Shown: positions 8,200 through 16,139 of the stretch, in pieces
How the letters are laid out: each line of letters begins with the position of its first letter
Position numbering within the stretch: position 1 is the stretch's first letter
Assembly (NCBI RefSeq): GCF_004102945.1
Contig: NZ_CP019384.1
Location: 690,001-722,000 of the forward strand
DNA from: Candidatus Velamenicoccus archaeovorus
GTDB taxonomy: Bacteria; Omnitrophota; Gorgyraeia; Velamenicoccales; Velamenicoccaceae
Length of the DNA: 32,000 bases
Direction: 5' to 3'
Position numbers and translations under genes: made by a program
Notes under the pieces: generated by a model
The model's database searches: none
Told to the model about the DNA's origin: nothing
The model's input: only the letters and a program-made list of their open reading frames with translations

Positions 8200-8277
8200 T
8201 CCTTCTGTGAACACGCAGGCTTGCCCCGATACAAGGCTTTGTTTTGGGTGAGATGGCAACACAGCGTTTAAGGTGCT

Positions 8278-8877
8278 ATGAATAAGAACGGTCATACGAA
8301 CGATAAAAAGAACCATCTTTTTTCCGATCCTGATGCTGTTAAGCCCGGCAAGGAAGTTCCGCCTGCGGCCGCGGGTTCCGGCGATACGGTGACGCTCAAA
8401 CGGGAAGAATATGAGAAATTGAAGGAAGAGGCCGCAAAAGCCAAAGAGACCTGGGACAGACTTCTGCGTCAGCAGGCGGATTTCGACAATATGCGCAAAC
8501 GCGTGGAGCGCGATAAACAGGAATTCCAGAAATACGCCCACGAGGATATCATCGTCGATCTTTTGGGGATCCTCGACGACCTCGAAAGGTCGGTAGAGGC
8601 TGCGGAAAAGGGGCAGGAGAATTCGGACGCCTTCTTGAAAGGCATTGAAATGATCCTGGCGCACCTCTATGAGCTTTTGAAAAAGCGCGGCGTTTCTGCG
8701 ATCTCGGCTCAGGGCCAAAAATTTGATCCCAACCAGCATGAAGCGCTGGTGCAGACGGAATCATGCGATCACGAAGACGGCGAAGTGATCGAGGAGATGC
8801 AAAAAGGTTACAGATTGAACGACAGGGTCATCCGCACCGCCAAGGTGAGGGTGGCTAAAAGAGTAGAACAGAAATAA
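8278..8877 (+). CDS. grpE: Nucleotide exchange factor GrpE
   Basis: LLRQQADFDNMRKRVERDKQEFQKYAHEDIIVDLLGILDDLERSV and the C-terminal FDPNQHEALV...GYRLNDRVIRTAKVRV are GrpE signatures. Confidence 0.93.
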   Translation: MNKNGHTNDKKNHLFSDPDAVKPGKEVPPAAAGSGDTVTLKREEYEKLKEEAAKAKETWDRLLRQQADFDNMRKRVERDKQEFQKYAHEDIIVDLLGILDDLERSVEAAEKGQENSDAFLKGIEMILAHLYELLKKRGVSAISAQGQKFDPNQHEALVQTESCDHEDGEVIEEMQKGYRLNDRVIRTAKVRVAKRVEQK

Positions 8878-8927
8878 AATGAAGGATGATTTTTAATGCC
8901 GCCGGAGGCGGGATCGAGGAGGCAATC

Positions 8928-10829
8928 ATGGCAAAAATTATCGGTATTGATTTAGGGACATCGAATTCAGCGGCGTCTGTTATGGAAGGCAACAGGCCCG
9001 TGATCATTCCTTCGGCAGAAGGCACGACGGTCGGCGGAGGCAAGGCCTTCCCGTCTTACGTGGCGTTTACGAAGGACGGTCAGCGTCTGGTCGGCGAGCC
9101 GGCCAGACGCCAGGCGGCCATCAATCCGGAAGGCACCATCATGGCGGCCAAGCGCAAGATGGGGACAGACCATAAATTCAAGGTTTTCGGCAAAGAGTAT
9201 ACGCCTCAACAGATATCGGCGTTTATCCTGCAGAAGATCAAACAGGACGCCGAAGCCTATCTGGGCGAGCCGGTCAACGAGGCGGTCATCACGTGTCCAG
9301 CCTACTTTGACGATAACCAGAGGCAGGCGACCAAGGACGCCGGCGAGATTGCGGGCCTGAAGGTCCTGCGTATCGTCAATGAGCCGACGGCGGCATGTCT
9401 GGCCTACGGGCTGGACAAGGCGGGTAAGGAACAGAAGATCATGGTGTTCGACCTCGGCGGCGGGACGCTGGACGTCACCATCATGGAGATGGCGGAGGGT
9501 GTTTTTGAGGTCAAGTCCACGCACGGCGATACGCAATTGGGCGGCACCGACATGGACAATACCCTGATCGATTATATCGCCACCGAGTTTAAGAAGGATT
9601 CCGGCATCGACGTGCGTAACGACAGAATGGCGATCCAGAGGATCCGCGAAGCGGCGGAGAAGGCCAAGATCGAGCTTTCCAGCACCCTAACGACAGACAT
9701 CAACCTGCCGTTCATCACGGCGGACAATACGGGGCCCAAGCATTTGACAATGTCGATCACGCGCGCCAAACTCGAAGAGTTGGTCAGGCCGATCATCGAC
9801 AAGTGCCGCGTCCCTATGGAAAAAGCATTGGAAGACGCCAAGGTCAAGGCATCGGACGTCCACAGGATCATCATGGTGGGCGGCCCGACCCGCATGCCCA
9901 TCGTCCAGAAGTTCGTCGAGGATTTTGTGGGCAAGAAGATCGAGCGCGGCGTCGATCCGATGGAGTGCGTCGCCATGGGTGCGGCTGTCCAGGCAGCGAT
10001 CATCAAAGGGGACATCAAGGACGTCCTTCTTTTGGACGTCACGCCCTTGTCTCTGGGCATCGAGACCCTGGGGGGCGTTTCCACGAAGTTGATCGAAAGA
10101 AATACGACGATCCCGACCAAGAAGAGCCAGGTGTTCTCAACGGCGGCGGACAACCAGACGGCCGTTACCATCCGCGTCCTGCAGGGCGAGAGGCCGCTGG
10201 CCAACGACAATACGGAGCTCGGCCGTTTCGACCTGGTGGGGATCCCGGCGGCGCCGCGCGGCATTCCGCAGATCGAGGTGACGTTCGATATCGATGCCAA
10301 CGGCATCGTCCATGTCAATGCCAAAGACCTCGGGACGGGCAAGGAGCAGTCGATCCGCATCACGGCGCCCCACAAGCTCTCCAAGGAAGAGATCGACAAG
10401 ATGGTCAAAGAGGCCGAGAAATTCGCCGGAGAGGACGAGAAGAAGAAAGAAGAGGTTGAGGCCCGTAACCAGGCCGATACCCTGATCTATTCGACGGAAA
10501 AATCCTTGAAGGAATACGGCAGCAAAGTTTCTGATGCCGAGAAGAAGGCCATTGAAGAGAAGCTCGCGGCCCTGAAAGAGGCGATGAAAGGCAAGGATAC
10601 CGACAAGATCAAGAAGGGCATGGAAGAGCTGACCCAGGCGTCGCATAAGCTGGCTGAGGCTATTTATAAGGAAGCTGCCCAGAAACAACAGCAGGCAGGG
10701 GCCCAAGGCAAGGGGCCTGCGTCCGATGGGGCCGCCGAAGAGCCTAAAGCGGACGGCGCCAAGCCCTCGGGCAGCGGCAAAGATGACGATATCATCGACG
10801 CGGAATACAAGGAAGAAGACGGCAAGTAG
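8928..10829 (+). CDS. dnaK: Molecular chaperone DnaK (Hsp70)
   Basis: [48 protein letters not shown]. The SD GAGGAGG lies 6 nt before ATG 8928. The track start at 8886 is an upstream in-frame extension. Confidence 0.97.
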   Translation: MAKIIGIDLGTSNSAASVMEGNRPVIIPSAEGTTVGGGKAFPSYVAFTKDGQRLVGEPARRQAAINPEGTIMAAKRKMGTDHKFKVFGKEYTPQQISAFILQKIKQDAEAYLGEPVNEAVITCPAYFDDNQRQATKDAGEIAGLKVLRIVNEPTAACLAYGLDKAGKEQKIMVFDLGGGTLDVTIMEMAEGVFEVKSTHGDTQLGGTDMDNTLIDYIATEFKKDSGIDVRNDRMAIQRIREAAEKAKIELSSTLTTDINLPFITADNTGPKHLTMSITRAKLEELVRPIIDKCRVPMEKALEDAKVKASDVHRIIMVGGPTRMPIVQKFVEDFVGKKIERGVDPMECVAMGAAVQAAIIKGDIKDVLLLDVTPLSLGIETLGGVSTKLIERNTTIPTKKSQVFSTAADNQTAVTIRVLQGERPLANDNTELGRFDLVGIPAAPRGIPQIEVTFDIDANGIVHVNAKDLGTGKEQSIRITAPHKLSKEEIDKMVKEAEKFAGEDEKKKEEVEARNQADTLIYSTEKSLKEYGSKVSDAEKKAIEEKLAALKEAMKGKDTDKIKKGMEELTQASHKLAEAIYKEAAQKQQQAGAQGKGPASDGAAEEPKADGAKPSGSGKDDDIIDAEYKEEDGK

Positions 10830-10832
10830 ATG

Positions 10833-10918
10833 CGTTATAGCGTTATTGTGTCATAGGGTTATTGCATTGGTTTTGATGTCCTGGCTCTATAACGCCATAA
10901 CACTATAACTCTATAACT
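10833..10918 (+). repeat. Inverted pair of 4x8-nt tandem arrays in the dnaK-dnaJ spacer
   Basis: Left arm 10833-10864: CGTTATAG CGTTATTG TGTCATAG GGTTATTG. Right arm 10887-10918: CTATAACG CCATAACA CTATAACT CTATAACT, the reverse-complement family. The arms can pair at about 25/32 positions around a 22-nt loop. The right arm ends 7 nt before the dnaJ ATG. Confidence 0.85.
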
Positions 10919-10925
10919 GGTTTTT

Positions 10926-12059
10926 ATGACGACACAGCGCGATTATTACGAGATCCTGGGTGTTTCCAAATCTGCGACGATCGACGAGATCAAGAAGGCG
11001 TACCGGATGCTGGCCATGAAGTATCATCCGGATCGCGTGGAGGCTTCCCAGAAAAAAGAGGCCGAAGAAAAATTCAAGGAGATCTCAGAGGCCTACGCGG
11101 TCCTTTCGGACGAGAACAAACGCCGGCTTTACGACCAGTACGGCCATGCCGGGATCGACCAGCGTTATTCGACCGAGGATATCTTCCGCGGCGCCGATTT
11201 TTCGAGCATCTTCGAGGAGGTGTTCGGAGGGCGGGGCGGCGGAGGGGTCCATTTTGGCGGCGGAGAGGGGAGTATTTTTGATGAGCTCTTTGGCGGCGCC
11301 GATATCTTCGGAGGAGGCTCCCGCCGCGGCCGCAGGTCCAGACAGGGCCGCGACCTTCAGATCGAACTGGAGATCACGCTGGAAGAGGCGGTTTTTGGAA
11401 CGGAAAAGACATTTCAGATCAGCCGTTACGAATTTTGCCCTGTTTGCAAAGGGACGGGCGCCAAGCCCGGCAGTAAAAAGGTCACGTGTTCCTATTGCCA
11501 TGGTACCGGCCAGGTGACCGTTTCCCAGGGGTTCTTTCATTTGACGCAGACGTGTACCAAGTGCGGCGGCGAAGGCCGGGTCATCACAACGCCATGTCTC
11601 CAATGTTCGGGCCAGGGGCGCCTGAAGGTTGCCCGCAAGATATCCGTCAAGGTCCCCGCCGGTGTAGACACGGGGTCCCACCTGCGTGTCCGCGGAGAAG
11701 GCGAGGAGGGCGAAGGCGGCAAAGGGGACCTTTTTGTGCTTATCAGCGTAAAGAAACACCATCTTTATGAACGCCAGGACGACAACCTTTTGTGCGAAGT
11801 CCATATTGATGCGGCCCAGGCGATCCTGGGCGCAGAGGTAGACGTCCCCACGCTCTACGGGAATGTCAAGATGAAAATCCCGTCCGGAACGCAGTCCGGC
11901 AAGATCTTCCGTGTCCGCGATAAAGGCGTCCCCGATGTCAGGACTCACGTAAAAGGGGATGAATTGGTGCGTATTGTCGTCGATATCCCTCAGGGGTTGA
12001 ACGCGGCCCAGAGAAAGCTCATCGAGGAATTCGCGCGGTTGAGGAATGTTGAGATATAA
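10926..12059 (+). CDS. dnaJ: Co-chaperone DnaJ (type I: J domain, G/F region, 4x CxxCxGxG zinc finger)
   Basis: [32 protein letters not shown] (HPD). G/F-rich [47 protein letters not shown]. Confidence 0.96.
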   Translation: MTTQRDYYEILGVSKSATIDEIKKAYRMLAMKYHPDRVEASQKKEAEEKFKEISEAYAVLSDENKRRLYDQYGHAGIDQRYSTEDIFRGADFSSIFEEVFGGRGGGGVHFGGGEGSIFDELFGGADIFGGGSRRGRRSRQGRDLQIELEITLEEAVFGTEKTFQISRYEFCPVCKGTGAKPGSKKVTCSYCHGTGQVTVSQGFFHLTQTCTKCGGEGRVITTPCLQCSGQGRLKVARKISVKVPAGVDTGSHLRVRGEGEEGEGGKGDLFVLISVKKHHLYERQDDNLLCEVHIDAAQAILGAEVDVPTLYGNVKMKIPSGTQSGKIFRVRDKGVPDVRTHVKGDELVRIVVDIPQGLNAAQRKLIEEFARLRNVEI

Positions 12060-12070
12060 GCCTAGAATGA

Positions 12071-12164
12071 CCAAACCCCAATTTCCAAGAACCAAATAAT
12101 AACCAAAGACCAAACAACAAACGGAATGCTTGGCGATTGTACCTTGATTATTGGTTATTGCTGA
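12071..12164 (+). repeat. CCAA-heptad array (12071-12116) facing a TTG-heptad array (12130-12164)
   Basis: First array: CCAAACC CCAATTT CCAAGAA CCAAATAATAA CCAAAGA CCAAACA. After 13 nt comes TTGGCGA TTGTACC TTGATTA TTGGTTA TTGCTGA with an exact 7-nt period. The first block is almost G-free. AATAACCAA (12098-12106) is complementary to TTGGTTATT (12151-12159). Confidence 0.8.
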
Positions 12165-12193
12165 AGTATGTACTAATTATCCAGGAGAAGCAA

Positions 12194-12448
12194 ATGCCTA
12201 CGTATGAATACGAATGCAAGGCCTGCGGTCATCGTTTCGAGAAATCCCACTCTATCACGGCCGAGGCGATCAAAGTCTGTCCGAAATGCCACAAACGGAA
12301 AGTCGTGCGTCTGATCAGCTCCGGCTCCGGCATCATATTTAAGGGGTCCGGGTTTTATGCTACCGATTACCGTAAGGGAGCGCCGGCGTCCTGTCCTTCG
12401 GCTGGAAGCAAATCCAGTTGTTCATCGTGTCCTGGCAGCGCAAAATAA
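12194..12448 (+). CDS. FmdB-family zinc-ribbon protein (CxxC-CxxC with Ser/Cys-rich tail)
   Basis: MPTYEYECKACGHRFE...KVCPKCHKRKVVRLISSGSGIIFKGSGFY followed by the tail SCPSAGSKSSCSSCPG. The SD AGGAG lies 6 nt before ATG 12194. Confidence 0.8.
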   Translation: MPTYEYECKACGHRFEKSHSITAEAIKVCPKCHKRKVVRLISSGSGIIFKGSGFYATDYRKGAPASCPSAGSKSSCSSCPGSAK

Positions 12449-12807
12449 TGCCCAGAAACCATTCGGTCGTTCCTTGGGCTTTTGTGGGCGGATATGCCCT
12501 TTTGATCTTCTACCTTTCGTCTATTCCAGGAAGCGCTGTTCCACCTCTCTTCTGCGGCGCCGATAAAATTCTCCACTTCTTGGAATATCTTCCTTTAGGG
12601 GTTTTATTGATGTGGGCTCTGGCCGCCGCGGGAGGCCACCGCAGAATTCGGGCTTTACTTATCACGCTGTTTGTGGTAATGTTATATGCCTTGACCGATG
12701 AATGTCATCAGTATTTTGTTCCCGGTCGCACCCTGGATGCAGCAGATTGGGCGATGGATGTCCTGGGTGCAATAGCAGGAGGCGGTCTCTACCCATGGCC
12801 AAAATAG
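12448..12807 (+). CDS. VanZ-like family membrane protein
   Basis: DKILHFLEYLPLGVLL ... TDECHQYFVPGRTLDAADWAMDVLGAIAGG matches the VanZ-like pattern (DK..H...Y..LG ... DE..Q.F.PGR..D..D...N..G). There are 3-4 hydrophobic helices. The start overlaps the upstream stop (TAATG). Confidence 0.75.
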   Translation: MPRNHSVVPWAFVGGYALLIFYLSSIPGSAVPPLFCGADKILHFLEYLPLGVLLMWALAAAGGHRRIRALLITLFVVMLYALTDECHQYFVPGRTLDAADWAMDVLGAIAGGGLYPWPK

Positions 12808-14060
12808 AACCTTTTGCAGGCGTGCACTATAATCTGGAAGTCGTCGAGGATATTTCCAAGGTCGTCTGTCCTCCTTATGATATCATCGATGCAGGAGGGC
12901 AGGAGCAGTTTTACCAGAGACACGCCTATAACATCATCCGTCTCATCTTGGGCAAGGATTTCAGCGCCGACAATGACCGCGAAAACAAATATACGCGGGC
13001 CGGCGGTTATCTCGAGGAATGGCTGCGCCGGGGTGTTTTGACGCAGGATAACGAGCGCGGTATCTATTTCTATGAACAGGTATTTACGCACGAAGGAGAA
13101 AAAAAGACTCGCCTCGGTGTCATCGCTTTGATGCGGCTGGATGATGAGGGGCAGGGCCGTTCGGTCTATCCGCATGAGCACACCCATACAGCCCCCAAAG
13201 AGGACCGCCTGAAGCTTTTGAAGAGCGTCGAGGCAAACCTGAGTCCCATCTTTACCGTTTTTTCCGACCCCAAAGCCGCGTTAGAAGGCATCTTTAAGAA
13301 ACAAGTCTTTCCTCAAAAACCCCTCTTTGATATTGTCGATGACGAAGATATCGGACACCGGCTCTGGCGGGTCACGGACGAGACGCTGATCGGCCAGTTC
13401 AAGGAGTTCCTGGGCGATAAGCAGCTTTTTATCGCCGACGGCCATCACCGTCATGAGGTCGCCAGGATGTTTCGCGAGCTCAAGCGCAAGGAATCCCCGG
13501 CCGGCCTCAAAGATTCCTATAATTACATCATGACGTACCTGACGCCCCTCGAAGACGAGGGGTTATGTATTTTACCCACCCACAGGCTGATCAGGAATGC
13601 CGTTTTTGCCGTTGAAGATTTGTCGTCCTGTTTTGACGTTAAGGAAGTGCCGGGCGCCAAGGAATTGTCGGCTGCCATGAAAGAGCGGCAGGAAGATGTC
13701 GGCGTCTTCGGTCTTTACAAAGACCATCATTTTTACCTGTTAAAGCTTTCTGAGAAGCGTGCATGCAACAAGATGATCCAGGAAGGGCCGAAAGATTATA
13801 AGAACCTGGATGTCGTTATTCTGCACAAGGTTGTTTTCGACCATCTTTGCAAGATCGCCTTGGAGGATATCGCCTACGAGATCGATTTGGGGCGCGCCGT
13901 CGCCGAAGTCGACAGCGGCGCCTATAGCGCCGTCTTTGTCCTCAACCCGACCAAGATGGAACAGATCCGCTCGATCGCCCTGGGCGGCCATGTCATGCCG
14001 CAAAAATCCACGTATTTCTATCCGAAACTACTCAGCGGCCTCGTCATCAACAAACTATAA
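12795..14060 (+). CDS. DUF1015 family protein (conserved, function unknown)
   Basis: MAKIEPFAGVHYN...VVCPPYDII, YPHEHTHTAPKEDRLKLL, FIADGHHRHE and the C-terminal MPQKSTYFYPKLLSGLVI are the conserved blocks I associate with DUF1015. ATG 12795 overlaps the VanZ end by 13 nt; the track start at 12702 is an upstream extension. Confidence 0.8.
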   Translation: MAKIEPFAGVHYNLEVVEDISKVVCPPYDIIDAGGQEQFYQRHAYNIIRLILGKDFSADNDRENKYTRAGGYLEEWLRRGVLTQDNERGIYFYEQVFTHEGEKKTRLGVIALMRLDDEGQGRSVYPHEHTHTAPKEDRLKLLKSVEANLSPIFTVFSDPKAALEGIFKKQVFPQKPLFDIVDDEDIGHRLWRVTDETLIGQFKEFLGDKQLFIADGHHRHEVARMFRELKRKESPAGLKDSYNYIMTYLTPLEDEGLCILPTHRLIRNAVFAVEDLSSCFDVKEVPGAKELSAAMKERQEDVGVFGLYKDHHFYLLKLSEKRACNKMIQEGPKDYKNLDVVILHKVVFDHLCKIALEDIAYEIDLGRAVAEVDSGAYSAVFVLNPTKMEQIRSIALGGHVMPQKSTYFYPKLLSGLVINKL

Positions 14061-14072
14061 CGCTCGGCGCCC

Positions 14073-14912
14073 ATGGCTTTTTTCAGCAAACCCAAATATA
14101 CGGTCGTCAAGATCCGCAAAAGAGAGATCCCCGAGGGTCTCTGGACGAAATGCCAGGAGTGCGGCGAGCCTATCTATAAGAAGACCCTTGAGGAAAATCT
14201 TAAAGTATGCCCCAAGTGTCATTTTCATTTTAACGTCACGGCGCCCGAAAGGCTGGAGATGATCGTGGACGCGGATTCCTTCAAGGAATTCGATAAAAAA
14301 ATGTCCAGCACCGACCCTTTGGAATTCAGGGGGATCAAGTCTTACACGCAGAAGCTTGCGGAGGACCAGAAGACGACCTCGCTCGCAGAGGCCGTGATTA
14401 CGGGCCAGGGGGAGATCTTCGGCAAGAAGGCCGTTATCGCGATTACGGATTCCCGGTTTATCATGGGATCCATGGGCGCGGTCGTTGGGGAAAAAATCAC
14501 CAGGGCGATCGAGTTTTCCATTGAAAAACGGCTGCCCCTGGCGATCATCTCCGGATCCGGCGGCGGCGCCAGGATGTATGAAGGGATTTTCAGCCTGATG
14601 CAGATGGCCAAGACGTCCGCGGCCTTGCGGCGGCATCACGAAGCGGGCCTCTTGTTCATTTCGGTTCTGACCAATCCGACCATGGGCGGCGTCATGGCGT
14701 CTTTTGCCGGCCTGGGAGATATCATCATCGCCGAGCCCAAAGCGCTGATCGGTTTTGCCGGTCCACGCGTGATCGAGCAGACAACGCGGCAAAAATTACC
14801 GGAAGGATTCCAGCGGTCCGAATTCATGTTGGAGCACGGCCTTTTGGACATGATTGTCCACAGGAAGGCCCTGAAGGAGACGTTGCACCAGCTGATCGAT
14901 TATTGTAGTTGA
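14073..14912 (+). CDS. accD: Acetyl-CoA carboxylase carboxyltransferase subunit beta
   Basis: N-terminal zinc ribbon CQECGEPIY...CPKCHFHF, then GSMGAVVGEKITRAIE, SGGARMYEG and GFAGPRVIEQT. Confidence 0.93.
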   Translation: MAFFSKPKYTVVKIRKREIPEGLWTKCQECGEPIYKKTLEENLKVCPKCHFHFNVTAPERLEMIVDADSFKEFDKKMSSTDPLEFRGIKSYTQKLAEDQKTTSLAEAVITGQGEIFGKKAVIAITDSRFIMGSMGAVVGEKITRAIEFSIEKRLPLAIISGSGGGARMYEGIFSLMQMAKTSAALRRHHEAGLLFISVLTNPTMGGVMASFAGLGDIIIAEPKALIGFAGPRVIEQTTRQKLPEGFQRSEFMLEHGLLDMIVHRKALKETLHQLIDYCS

Positions 14913-14938
14913 CACGGTTAAGTTTTTTGTGATAACAT
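14909..14938 (+). promoter_or_regulatory. Candidate promoter: TTGACA, 18 nt, extended -10 TGaTAACAT
   Basis: TTGACA at 14909-14914 overlaps the accD stop; TG at 14930-14931; TAACAT at 14933-14938. The 12-mer TGATAACATTTT is identical to that in the hrcA promoter (7363-7374). Confidence 0.45.
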
Positions 14939-14989
14939 TTTAAAATTCTGACTCCAAACTTTAAATGCTGGAATAGATTACGAGATTGT

Positions 14990-15024
14990 TTGGGGTCTGG
15001 AAATTGGTAATTGGGAATTGGAGC
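14990..15024 (+). repeat. TTGG-heptad array (5 units) abutting the ribosome-binding site
   Basis: TTGGGGT CTGGAAA TTGGTAA TTGGGAA TTGGAGC with an exact 7-nt period. The last unit supplies GGAG, 12 nt before ATG 15036. Confidence 0.8.
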
Positions 15025-15035
15025 GAAGCGACATC

Positions 15036-16139
15036 ATGGCCCAAGTCAGTTTACGCAACGTCAGCAAGGTTTATGCCGGAGGCGCCCGCGCCGTTGATAG
15101 CGTCACGCTGGGGATCGAAAACAAGGAATTTTTGGTCCTGGTGGGTCCGTCCGGTTGCGGAAAGTCGACGACCCTGCGCATGATTGCAGGGTTGGAGGAA
15201 GTGACGGAAGGCCAGATCTATATCGCCGACAGGCTGGTCAACGATATCCCCGCCAAAGACCGCGACATCGCGATGGTTTTCCAGAACTACGCCCTTTATC
15301 CCCACATGACCGTTTTTGAGAATATGGCGTTCGGGCTCATGCTGAGAAAATACCCGAAGTCGGAGATCATGCGCCGCGTGAACGAAGCGGCGGACATCCT
15401 GGGGATCAAGCATTATCTGGAGCGCAAGCCCAGGGAGCTTTCCGGCGGCGAGCGCCAGCGCGTGGCCGTCGGCCGGGCCATCGTGCGCAAGCCAACCGTT
15501 TTTCTTTTTGACGAACCCTTGAGCAATCTCGACGCCAAGCTGCGCGTGCAGATGCGCACGGAGATCCATAAGCTGCATATCCGCCTGCAGACGACCATGA
15601 TTTATGTGACGCACGACCAGACGGAAGCCATGACGATGGGCGACAGGATCGCGGTCATGAAGGACGGCGTTGTCCAGCAGATCGCCGACCCCATCACGAT
15701 CTACGATAAACCCATCAATAAATTTGTGGCGAGTTTTATCGGGTCGCCGCCGATGAATTTTATGAAAGGCAAGGTGGTCAAGTCGGACGGACGTTTCTAT
15801 TTTGATGAAGGGAACCTGCGCGTCCGGATCCTCAAAGAAATGGAACCGAGCCTTGCAGGTTACGTCGGACGCGATGTCATTTTCGGCATCCGCGCCGAAG
15901 ACATCTATGACAAGCTTTTCGTGTCCGAAGCCCCCGCAGAGAACGTCGTGAGCGTTATCTGCGAGGTCGTCGAGCCCATGGGCTCCGAAGTCTATCTTTA
16001 CCTGAACACGGGCAAGCATAATTTCATCGCTCGCGTCGGTGCCCATGACAGGCCTGCGGTCAATGCAGATATGGACCTTGTTTTTGACATGAGCAAGGTC
16101 CATTTCTTTAACGCAGACACCGAAAAGACCATTGTATAA
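15036..16139 (+). CDS. ABC transporter ATP-binding protein, MalK/UgpC/MsmX (carbohydrate importer) type; no adjacent permease or binding protein
   Basis: Walker A GPSGCGKST, Q-loop MVFQNYALYPH, signature LSGGERQRVAVGRA, Walker B FLFDEPLSNLD, H-loop YVTHDQ. The C-terminal ~130 aa form a TOBE-like regulatory domain. Confidence 0.9.
   Translation: MAQVSLRNVSKVYAGGARAVDSVTLGIENKEFLVLVGPSGCGKSTTLRMIAGLEEVTEGQIYIADRLVNDIPAKDRDIAMVFQNYALYPHMTVFENMAFGLMLRKYPKSEIMRRVNEAADILGIKHYLERKPRELSGGERQRVAVGRAIVRKPTVFLFDEPLSNLDAKLRVQMRTEIHKLHIRLQTTMIYVTHDQTEAMTMGDRIAVMKDGVVQQIADPITIYDKPINKFVASFIGSPPMNFMKGKVVKSDGRFYFDEGNLRVRILKEMEPSLAGYVGRDVIFGIRAEDIYDKLFVSEAPAENVVSVICEVVEPMGSEVYLYLNTGKHNFIARVGAHDRPAVNADMDLVFDMSKVHFFNADTEKTIV

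Noticed and set aside
15036-16139. The orphan MalK-type ATPase by itself as evidence of a novel system.
   Set aside because: Stand-alone multitask sugar-ABC ATPases (MsmX/MsiK type) are well known. Only its coupling to the GGDEF genes is retained, as a modest observation.
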